A stretch of 64,000 bases of DNA from Felis catus (Eukaryota): positions 8,680,001-8,744,000 of the forward strand of contig NC_058382.1 in NCBI RefSeq assembly GCF_018350175.1. Direction: 5' to 3'. Position 1 is the first letter of the stretch. Each line of letters begins with the position of its first letter. Made by a program: the position numbers and the translations under genes. Below the pieces are notes generated by a model. That model ran no database searches, was not told the DNA's origin, and saw only the letters and a program-made list of their open reading frames with translations. Shown here piece after piece: positions 11,577 through 41,940 of this stretch.

Positions 11577-13827
11577 GGGACTGTGGAGGTCAGCAGGACC
11601 TCACGTTTCCTTGGAGGGAGGGAGGGAGGGGGAGAAGGGAAGGTAAGGGGGAGGGGGTTGGGTAGAGGAAGAACTAGGTTAAGTGGTAATGAGTTGGGGA
11701 ACACTGAGTCTTGTTGGGTCTTGAGTTGCGGTTTGGCAGCTCCTATGGGTACTTCCTTAAGTGACCGTGAATGGCAACGAGTTATACTGAGTTGATGGAG
11801 AGACTCCATTGGTTTAAATTGCTTTGGGTTGTGCAAGACTTACGGAGCCTTTTGTGGTAAGTGTTGACATAGATTTGATCCCATGGTTGTGTTTTTTAGG
11901 TCCTCACTGGGCTGGGCTGTGTTGTTGAGTCTAGGCGAATCTTGTCCAACTGCATTGTGCAGGATTCTGTGGTTTTATGAGTCCCCTGGGGCCATTTTGG
12001 GTCAAGTGAGGTGGTCATCCACGGCATCGTTGGGACTGACTGCATGTTCATGCATGGTGTTGTGGAGTTGAGTTGAGACACGTTGGAAGTTGTGTGGCTT
12101 TGTGACTCTTGTAGGGCTATGTCATTTTAGATTCTGTGAACTTGTGAGTCATGTAGAAATCCAAAGAGTCAAGTGGTCGCATGTGAGCTTTCCAGGTCAC
12201 GTTAAGTTGGGTTGTAATGTATGACTGTGGGAATCTTTCAGGGTTCTGTTGGGTTGAATTGTGTAAAGTTACATAGCTGGAAGTTTAGGGGGCTACACTG
12301 AGATGAACCGTATTGAATTGTATAACCACGTGAGTCTTGTAGGGCCGTGCTGAGTTGAGTTACACCAAGTTGTGTCATTGTGAGTCCTGTAGGAATGTTA
12401 GGTTGAGGTGGACTGTGTGTATGGGCTCCATAGGGCCATGTTGGTTTGTTCTGCATTTACTGGTAGCACCAGGACCCAAGAATAAGAGCACTTGGTGGTG
12501 GGGGGGGGAATCATGTATCAGGGAGCAAGTGTGGGGTTATGGAGTCTGAGAGACGAACTGAACTGACATGCCTGGTGTCACTTACCATAAGGGGCAGGGC
12601 TGGGTTCTGGATCCATGGATTCAGTTGTTCACGCAGAGGGCCTCTGGGGGAGCTAGGGAGATGCAGATGCTCCCTCCATTTACCCTACACCTGCATCGTT
12701 TTGCCATTCAAACCCTGTCGATCTGTCTGTCCTCTCCTATAGCTTTGCTTCCAAACACGGAGATCAGAGCCACAAGGGGAGAGAAAAGGGGACAAACTGT
12801 ATGTACTGCGTATAGACATGTTAGGGGGACAGAAACACAAATGAGGGGACAGAGACCTGGGAGGTAATGGAGACTCAGAGAAAGAAAGAGATAGAAACCC
12901 AGAGAAGAGGGAACAAAGACCCGAAGAGAGAGGAAGAGAGATTTAGGGAGAAGGAGACAAAGACCCAGAGAGAGGAAACGACAGAGACTCAGAGGAAGGG
13001 GGGGGGGCAGAAAATCCAAAGGGAGAGGGAGACAGAGATCAAGAGTGGGAGACAGAGATGGGGGGGGGGAGTGTCAGGCACCCAGAGAGGGACAGACATC
13101 AGACTTAGAAACAGACCGGAGCGCCCCCAAGAGAAAGGTAACCAAGAAAGAAAAAGGCAGAAAAAGTCAGCGCCTCTGAACCCAAGAGATACACACAGTC
13201 TGTCTTCCACAGAATCACAAAGATCTCAAATCAGGGCGCACCACCCCATCCTCCCACAGCTGAGGAAGGCTGTCAGACAAACGGGGGGGTCCACTCTATT
13301 TTCCAGGGGAGAAACCAGAGTCTTAGATCACGGGGGTGGCTTCCTAAGGTCTCGTGGCACATCCCCAGGGTCCAGGACTGGGGGCAGGCTGCCTGACCCC
13401 ACGGCCGCATCAGCCTGCTGGAAGGCACGGGTCCTCCTTGGATCCTACAGCCTCGTTTCTCACAAAGTACCCGAGGCTCAGAGGGGAAGGTGTTACCCTA
13501 GGTCACGAAGCCAAACATTTTCAGAGGACTTTCGGTACTCAAAGGGCATTTGGAGGAGGAGGACGCAGGATGCTTCAATCGCTAACACATATAGGGCTTC
13601 CTATGTGCCAAGCATCATTCAAAGTACTTTACTTGTATTAATTTATTAAAACCAGTGGTTTACAGAATGTTGTTGTTGTTATTTTTAGCTATTGCCACCC
13701 CCCCCCACTTGCAACTTACCTAGATTCAATGTGAGGCATCCGAGGGGATCTGGTCTGAGGGACACACACCTCTATGGGGTCCCTCTTGGCAACTCAGAAT
13801 GCAGCTAAGAAATTCAGCGTGGGTCGG

Positions 13828-14036
13828 GGGAGGGCCACCTGGGTGGCTCAGTGTATTGAGCATCCAACTCTTGATTTCAGCTCAGGTCGTGATCCCAGGG
13901 TTGTGGGAACGAGCCCCACGCTCAGTGTGGAGCCTGCTTAAGATGCTCTCACTCTCTTTTCCTCCCTCTGCCCCCCCCCCTCCCCTGCACCTGTGTGCAC
14001 ACTCTCCCTCTCTGAGAGAGAGAGAGAAAAAAAAAT
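13828..14036 (+). mobile_element. Can-SINE
   Basis: GGGCCACCTGGGTGGCTCAGTG head, CT linker and A tail. Confidence 0.85.
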
Positions 14037-15394
14037 CAGTTTGGAAACCCCCGATTTAACCCAACCACCTTTTTATACAGAGCGATGGAAGAAAGTACAG
14101 ATTATTGTGGGCAGGGTTTGATAAAGATAGAAAATAATAGAATGTTTAGGTAGTCACTTCTCTCTGAGACGGAGAGAAAGACACGTTTGGAGACAGAACT
14201 GGAGAACAGACCTCCTCACAGTGACAGACGCAGGGCGGAGTCCAGGACCCAGGACAGAGACCCAAAGAGGCGAAAGCCCATGCAGAGAGGAGCCAAGACT
14301 CGGAGAGAGGACACCCAGGGGGAGGAGGGAGAGCAGACAGAAGGAGGGCAGTGACCTGGGAGGGGGTCAGAGGCCGGGGTGTGTGTGTGTGTGTGTGTGT
14401 GTGTCGGTGGGGGGCGGGGGTAGGGAAGGGATCCATAGAAGCTGGAAGGCAACCACGGAGGAAGGGCCAGATATCCAGAGGGAGGGGCACAGAGAGTGTT
14501 TTACTTTTCTTTGAAAACTCACCTGTATTACTCCATCAGAGGCTGGAAGTTACTTAGAGTCTCTCTGGTAGGGGGTGGGATATGTTGGGTGCTTAAGGAA
14601 GAGGTGGAGAAGCCGGGAGAGGTCATGGAGGTGACCGGAGGGGACATTCGAAGGCTGGGAAGTGCCCCTCCCCCCCCCCCAATAAACAACTGTAGGCGCC
14701 TTCTATGTTGCCTTGGCTAGGCTGGGGAAAAGGAGGGAACACCCTAATCCGGGGACACCCTTCCTGCCACCTTGCCATGTTATATTTAGGCCGGGGAGGG
14801 GTATGGGATGACCCCCCCCCCCCCAGATGGGCATCAGCTTTCCTCCTGAAATAGCTCCCGGGGAGGGGTGAAGGGCTCTGCCGGTCCCAGGACTCCGTCT
14901 GACCTCAGTCTGTCTTAGGGTCTCTCTCTTTTCAACGGGGTCTCCGTCCCCCTTCTGGGATTCTGTCCTCTTCCCTCTCTGGGTCTTCTCTCTCTGGGTT
15001 TCTGTCCCCCCTTTCTCTCTGTTTATGTGCCCTTCCCATGTCTCCCTTTGTCCCTCACTATTCATTTTCTTTCTCTGGGCAGAGGTCATCATCGTGTTCC
15101 CAAGTCATACCCTTGGCTGTCTCTGTGCCCTAGAATACCTTGAATTTCTCTTATCTGAGCTCAGGACAGACCCTCTCCCCAGTCCCCACCCAGGAAATTC
15201 CAGCAGACAGGACTCTGTGGGAGAGCTCCCCCATATCCACTGTCTCCCTGGGCCTCGGGCCTTATCGCTGCCCAAGTCCAGCTGGTTAATGTCTAGCCTG
15301 GAGCTCCTGGGAAAGTGGGGATGAGAGCAGAGGGGGGGAATCTGCCCAGGGATTGACACTTAATTGGCAGCACAAGGCAAGGGAATCTCAGGCC

Positions 15395-15720
15395 CAGACT
15401 CCTGGCTCTAAGGAAGGAGGGAGCTGCTGGTCCGGAGCCTCGGGTCTGCGGAGGGAGGGGGCTGGGGGTGAGGACTCCTGGGTCTGAGGGAGGAGCGCCT
15501 TGGGCGTCCCGACTCCTGGGCCTGAGGGAGGAGGGGCTGGGGACCTGAATCCCGGGTCTGACGGAGAGGGGGCTGGGGGTCAGGGCTCCTGGCTCCGCGG
15601 GAGGAGGGGGCTGGGGGCCGGGACTCCTGGGTCTGAGGGAGGAGGGGGCTGGGGGGGGGGTCCCGGCTGCCGGGGCTGAGGGAGAAGGGGGCTGGCGCCT
15701 GGCCTCCCGGGGCTGAGGCG
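15395..15720 (+). repeat. MSR1-like 36-38 bp G-rich minisatellite cluster upstream of NTF4
   Basis: Tandem units of GGACTCCTGGGTCTGAGGGAGGAGGGGCTGGGGG; further decayed units at about 16190-16450. Confidence 0.8.
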
Positions 15721-17098
15721 GGCCAAGAGCTGAGCGAGCCAGGCCGGGCTCCCGAGGTCTCGGCACGCGTGTGGAAGGCGGGATCCCCCGGCCCCTCCTC
15801 CGCCGTCGGGCGCCGCCCCGCCCCCGCCCCCGCCCGGGCCCTCCGGAGCGTGTGCAGCGAGGAGCTGGCGGGCGAGCGGGCGTCCCCGCAGCCAGCGAGC
15901 GGGAGGAGGAGCCGCGCCGCGCCAGGGGCAGCCGAGGAGCCGAAGAGGGCGCCCCAGGTGAGAGCCTCGGCGCCTCCTCCCCCGGGATTCCGGCGTCCGG
16001 GTCGCCCTGCCCCCGGGTAGGGAGGGACGGGGGCGGGGCCTTCGGGGGCGGGGCTTGGCGGAGGAAACTGAGGCAGGAGGGAAGTGCTCCAGCCATGCAG
16101 CCGCTCGCCCCCGTCGGGGTCTCGGGAGACCAGACCCCCCGGCCTAAATCTTCTTCGGGAGGAGGGGCCTGGGAGTACGTATTCGGGGGTCCCTGGGGAG
16201 GAGGGTCCTAAACTCCAGAACTCCCGGGTCCGAGGGAGGAGGGCGCTGGGGGGGGGGGGTGGGTCTGGACTCCTTGGTCCGAGGGAGGAGGGCGCGGGGC
16301 TCCCGGACCCCTGCATGTGAGAGAGGGAGCTGGGGATCTGGACTCGTGAAAAAGGGGAGGCAGCTGGGAACCAGAGCTCTAGGGTCTGATCAGGGGAGGT
16401 GGGAGCTGGGAGCTAGGACTTTCTGGTCTGAGGGAGGAGGTAGCTGGGGATCTACACTCCGGCTCCAGGTTGGATCAGCGTGGTTGGGTCCCTTCACACC
16501 CCTTTTTCCATTTCCCCATCTCCGAGCCAAAGCAGGCAGCCACTCCAGGTATGTGCAATAGAAGTGTCGGACGGGCCCTGGCCTGTCCTGTGAGGATAGA
16601 ACATTCCAGGAAGCAGCCTCAGGGACCCAGGGCTTCTTGAGTGTGGGCCCTCAGGGACCCGGGGGTCCAGACGAGCACCGCCCCCGCCCTGTCTGGGAGA
16701 TGAATGGGCCGTGGAGGATGTAATCTTTTCCAGCCTCCTCTACCCCTCCCACCCCTCCCCCACCGCCCTCCTCCTCGCCCCTCCCCACACCTCCCCCATC
16801 TGCTTCCCATCCCAGCCAGGAGCCATCACCTGGTCAGGGAAGGGGCCCCAGGGAAGGGGGCGCGGCCTTGACTCCTGGGTACCCTACACTTTAAGAGGAA
16901 CACAGAGAAGGGGAGTGTTCGCGTCCCCTCCCCCCACTTGCCCATATAACTTGCCTGTTCCCTTCTTCCCCTAGGTGGCTGCCCCTACCCTCTCCTGAGA
17001 TGTCAGGAAGGAGGGGACCACCTGTGTCCCCCACCGGGGCCCCCCAGAGCCTGGGGGCCCCCAGCCCTGGAGCCTGGAGGTGGAGGAGGTGCTGACAG
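15720..17098 (+). promoter_or_regulatory. NTF4: NTF4 CpG-island promoter and 5' non-coding exons
   Basis: CpG island at about 15720-16130 with GC boxes. Candidate donor CAG|GTGAGA after 15957, possible alternative donor CAG|GTATGT after 16548, and an internal exon 16975-17098 (TAG acceptor, CAG|GT donor). Exon use is inferred from splice signals only. Confidence 0.6.
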
Positions 17099-17601
17099 GT
17101 CTGGTAACCACCTGCTGCTTCCCAGTCCCCTCCACACCACTCTTTCCCAGAGCCAGAGACTTCCAGAATAGTGCAGAAAAACTGAAGCCTCCACGCCCTC
17201 ACCGCTATCTCCCAGCCCCTGGCCGATTTCTGGGACAGGGAAACTGAGGCCCCGCATAGCAGAGGAAATGTCTCGCCTTCTCAGTGGCAGTTTTGAGCTG
17301 AACTTGGGTCTTGCTAGGATTCCAGAACATGGCCTGTCTCAGCATTTTGAGACCTCCAACCTCCTCTAGGCTGCGGGACTTAGGGTTCTTCGGGGGTGTA
17401 GAGGTAGGAGGCAGAATGGAGTTGTTCCGACGGGGCTCAAGTCCTACCTCTGGTATTTGCTGGCTGTGTGGCCTGGTATAAGTCACTCACTTCTCAGCCT
17501 GTGTTTCTCCGTTCGTTGATTTGTTGGCTATTATTAGCAAGAGTAGTAGAACCATTATGATTAATCTAGAAGCTGGGCAGTATCTAAGTCCCAGAGTATA
17601 A

Positions 17602-18387
<786 letters not shown>

Positions 18388-19398
18388 GGCCCATGCCCAG
18401 GAACTGGGCGGGCAGAGGAAGAAGACGGCTGGATCCCGAGGGACCTCAGGGGTGGCCTGACCGCTCCGGGCCTCAGTTTGGGAACTTGTGAAATGGTCAC
18501 ACAATCACAGCTTTCTGATTCTGAGAGCTCAATCCGTGCCAGACAGGTGGTGGAACCAACTGGGGTTTTGAAGGATGAGTAGGAGTTCTCCTGGATGAAC
18601 TTGAGGGTAATGATGATGATAATAATAGCCCAATTTTGCCGAGTGTCTACTGTTTATCAGCGCTAATACACAATTTGTCAGATCAACTCTAGTGGATTCA
18701 ACCATCAGAGGCCCTTGGCTTCTCGGTGGCTAACCACTTGATCTCAGAAGACATCTTGCTCATCCTGGAGAGAGTGACGAGGAAGTGATCTGTCAAGAAG
18801 TGGGTGGGGGAGCATACAAACTGGAACACATAGGCAAGTAGCTGGGAGGTCGGGTTTGAATGAGAAATCTTACTCGGTCACATGGGGCAAGTGTTGGCTT
18901 CGAACGTTCTCTTTTGAGGTAGTGAGCCACCTGTCACAGAAGGAGCAAAAGCAAGGTTGACTGACCGGAGGTCAGGAGACTGGAGAATTTGGCCCTACTG
19001 GGGAGCTGGAGTCAGGTTTCTACTCCCTTTTCTGTCCCAACTTGTACCCATATTGGGAAAGAAATAGACCTTAGAAGTGTCCAGCTTGAGTGTGGCACGA
19101 GGTTCTGACCAATTGACCTGACTCCTGGCTGGAATCAGGGGTCATGTGGACAGTGAATGGGCCAGGAAAATCCAAAAGGAGAAGTGGCCCCAGAGGCCTG
19201 AATGAGGGGGTCAGTGGGACCCTGTGCCAGGCTGCAGAAGGTAGCCTCACTTTTCCCCATCTGAAGAATGGGTCAGTGGGGTTGAAAGAATGGGAGCCGA
19301 GGAGGCAGAGGCCTTGACGAAATGGCCTGTAAAGTGAGGAAGTACCAAGGGAAGTCAGGGGTAACCCTTCACATATCACCAGTCCATATCTTAAGACT

Positions 19399-19401
<3 letters not shown>

Positions 19402-19448
<47 letters not shown>
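19402..19448 (+). repeat. (AC)n microsatellite
   Basis: About 23 AC units. Confidence 0.95.
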
Positions 19449-19450
<2 letters not shown>

Positions 19451-19580
19451 TTAGAACCAATTTTCCCATCCCCCACCAACCCAGACTGGGCCCCTGGGAA
19501 GGGTAGGGGTGGCAGGGCCAGGCGGGGACTGGCTGCCTCTGTTTCTACATCTCCGTGTTTCTAGATCTGTGGTTCCCCAC

Positions 19581-19617
<37 letters not shown>

Positions 19618-20176
19618 CACCTCTCTCTTCCTGTCTCTTGTCTCTGGCTCAGTAGCTCTCTACCTCTGTTTCTCATTCAGTGCCTCTCACCCATTCTTGA
19701 GTGCATTTTTCTTTCTCCTCAAAGCTCTCTCCACATCGCCTCCCTTCCCCTTTTTGCTAAGTATTTCCCTGTGCGTTTGCCTGTGGGTCTCTCCCTCTTC
19801 ACCCACCCCCATATCCAGGTGGAAGTTTTCAACCAAATCAAAGGCAGGCAGGACGCACGAAGCCAAAGCCCAGGCTGAGTCCTTCAGCAGACCGCGGGGA
19901 GGGAGGGAGAGCCCTGGGGAAGTCTGGAAATCGTTACCCCTGAGGTAGGCAGGCCTGGCAGAGGGAGGAGGGGGCTGAGTGAGCTGGGACCCTGTAGGAA
20001 AGGGGGGGGGGGTGTCTCTAAGATTCCCTAAAACTCTGATCTATTTCCCCTTCCCCTCCGCCCCCTTTTCTGGCCATCCTCCTCTCTCTGGGACTCTTCT
20101 CCACTTCTCTTGCGTTTCTGTGCCCCCTCTCTCCAAGTCCCTGTCACTTGTTGCCTGGGTCTCTTTCTCATTCTAG

Positions 20177-22907
<2,731 letters not shown>

Positions 22908-23719
22908 GTCGGCAGCGCCGGCCCCGCCCAGAACACGCCCCCGGGCGGGGGCGGAGCCGAGTCTGGAAGACCCCGGCTGGGGGGCACACTGGGCGGGGCT
23001 ATGGTCGGGAAGCCCGCCCATCACGCGGGAGGGAGACGGAGGCCAGGACCCGCCCACTAGGCGCGAGCCGGACGAATCCCACCGGAGACTGACTAGGGTG
23101 ACCGGGTCGGGGACGAGGATGGATGCTGAGCCTGGAGAATATACTTTGGGGCTGGGGGCTCGCGGGCGGGACACGCCCTCTACGACACAGCGGGCGAGTT
23201 TACCTTAGTCAACGACAGAGTTAAAATAGCCTTAACCGTGCTCATTGCTGGGTTCGGCTCCGGGGGCCCGAGTGTGCGGGAGATGGGGCTCCCGCTCTAC
23301 CCCTCGTGGAGGGAAGACACGTCTGCGTACAGGTGGGACTCCGCCCCTGAGCACAGAATCCAGTATTGAAGCCACGCCCCCTCCGGGGTTAGGCTGTGGC
23401 ACAGGAATGGCTTTCAGCGTGTGGCAGATGGAGTGGGATTGAGGTCTGAGCCGATCACCATTCGAGGGTCCTTGGAGGGACAGCTCCAGCCTTCCCCTGG
23501 CTCCCACTCTGAGGAGCGGAGGCGGGGCTACGCCATCGGGGGCAAGGCCAGGGTCTCCCCATAGCCTATTTCCTATGACCCCAACAGGACTTCGCTGGCA
23601 CCTGACATAGCATCTGACGACTGAGTCAGTGAAGTCAGCTTCACCTTGGGCGCACCGAGAAGCAGGAGCCACTCAGGGCGTGGGGGGCAGGGGCCACTCC
23701 ACTGAGCCACTCCCGCACA

Positions 23720-23830
23720 CTTCCCTGACCTTTTCCGTTTCTCGCCCCCGGAAGGATTAGTGTCCAGGTTACCCCATCAGGCCGCCACCCCCAGTGGCCT
23801 TGCCGCCCCCACAGCCTGCAAGTATAAGAC
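23720..23830 (+). promoter_or_regulatory. LHB: LHB proximal gonadotrope promoter (SF-1/Egr-1/Pitx1/SF-1/Egr-1/TATA)
   Basis: TGACCTTTT 23726-34, CGCCCCCGG 23743-51, GGATTA 23754-59, TGGCCTTG 23795-802, CGCCCCCAC 23804-12, TATAA 23823-27: the established GnRH-responsive module. Confidence 0.9.
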
Positions 23831-23860
23831 CAGGTAAACATCATAGGGGAGGCACCCAGA

Positions 23861-24949
23861 ATGGAGATGCTCCAGGTAAGGCTGTGGGGTCCCCGAGGCC
23901 CTTTGCAACTCCATCCAGGTCACAGCTGGCACAGAGGGAGAGTCCTGTGACTTGATGGAGGAGGCTTCTTTGTGGAAGGGTGTGGACAGCCAGCAGGCTT
24001 CCGGCCAGGAGGAAGCAGGTGGAACAGGGCCTGAGGGTGGGAATCTGCGGGGTTGGGACGATCTGGGGCTTCTGGGGCTCCTGAGTATCGGGGCAGGGGA
24101 TCCAAGTGGGATGAATGGGCCCTGAATGGATGACGTCAGGCAGGGGAGCTGGGCCCCTGAACGGGTTCGTGTGAGGGATGGGAGGGTAAGGGCCCAGGGT
24201 ATTGGTGTCTGGCAGGCCCTGAGACGCTGGCCTTGTCCCAGGGGCTGCTGCTGCTGTGGCTGCTGCTGAATGTGGGTGGGGTGTGGACATCCAGGGAGCC
24301 GCTGCGGCCGCTGTGCCGGCCCATCAACGCCACCCTGGCTGCTGAGAACGAGGCCTGCCCTGTCTGTGTCACCTTCACCACCACCATCTGTGCCGGCTAC
24401 TGCCCCAGCATGGTGAGCTGTGGGGGTGGGGATGGACGGGCGGGGGCCTGGAATGGGTGCTGCCACCTCGGCTCCAGAGTGGATCACTGAGGACCAAGCC
24501 CACAGAAAATGGGAAATGGCAGCCTGGACAGAAGGGTGGCCTGCCCCCACCTCCCGCAGGGGCTGGGCACGAGGGAGGGAGGAAGAGCGCAGAGGGTCGG
24601 CTGCAATGCCCAGCCGGACCTGTGGGGGGCGGGGGGATGGGCACAGCGGGGCGGAGCTCGAGGGAGGGCCTGACCACGCCCCCCTCATCCCCGCCCTGGC
24701 CTCCAGATGCGAGTGCTGCCCGCGGCCCTGCCCCCTGTGCCCCAGCCCGTGTGCACCTACCGTGAACTGCGCTTTGCCTCCGTCCGGCTCCCCGGATGCC
24801 CGCCTGGTGTGGACCCCGTGGTCTCCTTCCCCGTGGCCCTCAGCTGTCGCTGCGGGCCCTGCCGCCTCAGCAGCTCCGACTGTGGGGGTCCCAGGGCGCA
24901 ACCCTTGGCCTGTGACCGCCCCCCACTCCCGGGCCTCCTGTTCCTCTAA
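23861..24949 (+). CDS. LHB: Luteinizing hormone beta subunit (142 aa), 3 exons
   Basis: Exons 23861-23875, 24242-24412 and 24707-24949. [37 protein letters not shown]...CAGYCPSM...[18 protein letters not shown] at 25005-25010. Confidence 0.98.
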
Positions 24950-25069
24950 TGACCCCTCACCCCAATGCCTGGAGCCAGCAGCCGCTCTTTTTTCTACCCC
25001 TCCCAATAAAAGCTTCTCACACTGCACTGCAGTTGTCTTTTGTCAGGCTTAGGGTACGCGTATGAGTAT

Positions 25070-25071
<2 letters not shown>

Positions 25072-25111
<40 letters not shown>
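25072..25111 (+). repeat. (AC)n microsatellite between the LHB and RUVBL2 3' ends
   Basis: About 20 AC units. Confidence 0.95.
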
Positions 25112-25114
<3 letters not shown>

Positions 25115-25218
25115 CTCAGAATGGGTCCGATATCAGAACCATTTTATACAAAGTCACAGTGTCAGAACTCCAATAGAAAACAGAGTGGGGAGGCGGGGAG
25201 GGCGAGGGTCACATCAGC

Positions 25219-41149
<15,931 letters not shown>

Positions 41150-41940
41150 GATGCTCACCAACCGCCAATATCCTAGCGGAAACGGAAACGCGCTAGAAAC
41201 GAGGCGTTCTGGTCCCTCTAGACGGCTAAGGTCCTCCAAAGATCTCGGCGTTCCTTCATAAATATGCAAACTCTCCTTGTGTGGGCGTGGCGTCACTTTT
41301 CAGGACCCGCTCTTCCGCCGAGGCTGAGCTGGTAAATGGGTGCCCGGAACTCCTGGGTCGGTTCCCAACGCCTCCTGACCCCTCCCTTTACCCAGGCCTC
41401 CTTGCCGAGGCTGATTGCAAAATTCTTAAGACTTCTTTGGGCAACCCCACGTCCCCCACGCTCCCTTTCCTCCTTATTCCACCCTCTCCTCTCTCTGCTA
41501 ACGCTGGAGCCTCAGGTTTAGGATTGACAGAGCTGAGGGCCAATCCGCTAGCGCAGCGGCAAGCCGCGCCCCCTGAGGCTCTCATTGACCGCTGGGGGGG
41601 GCGGAGCAGAGCAAACCCTACCTTGTCCACCAATGAGGAGACGCGGGCGCTCCCTCCCCCGGGCACGGACCAATGGCTCTGGCCGGGGGGCGGGCCCCGC
41701 CTCCTGGCGGCCGCAAGATTTCACTGCAGGGGCCCCGCCGGCCTCAGTGACGCTGCGGCCGCCTCCAGCCTACGGCCCAGAGCTCTGGGGCGGGGGTGCG
41801 GTCGTGCAATAGGAAGCCGAGGGCGTTGCAAGCTTCCCGTCGGGCACCAGCTACCTGGCCCCGCGCCCTGCCCTTTGCATTCCCCAGACACCTCGGGAGC
41901 CCCCACCTGTGGACCCTGGAGCCCCCTTCACGCGTCGGCC
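41150..41940. promoter_or_regulatory. Bidirectional CpG-island promoter shared by RUVBL2 and GYS1
   Basis: Start codons about 790 bp apart, head-to-head. CCAAT boxes near 41540, 41630 and 41670, GC boxes, and ETS-like CGGAAA repeats near 41177-41188. Confidence 0.85.

Noticed and set aside
12867-13649. 260-aa E/R/K/Q-rich ORF
   Set aside because: Arises from GA-rich low-complexity sequence, which is depleted of stop codons, downstream of KCNA7.
15293-16316. Long Pro/Ser-rich minus-strand ORFs
   Set aside because: Translations of the MSR1-like repeat and the CpG island.
23777-25027. 416-aa ORF antisense to LHB
   Set aside because: GC-rich shadow ORF spanning LHB exons and introns, with no recognisable domain.
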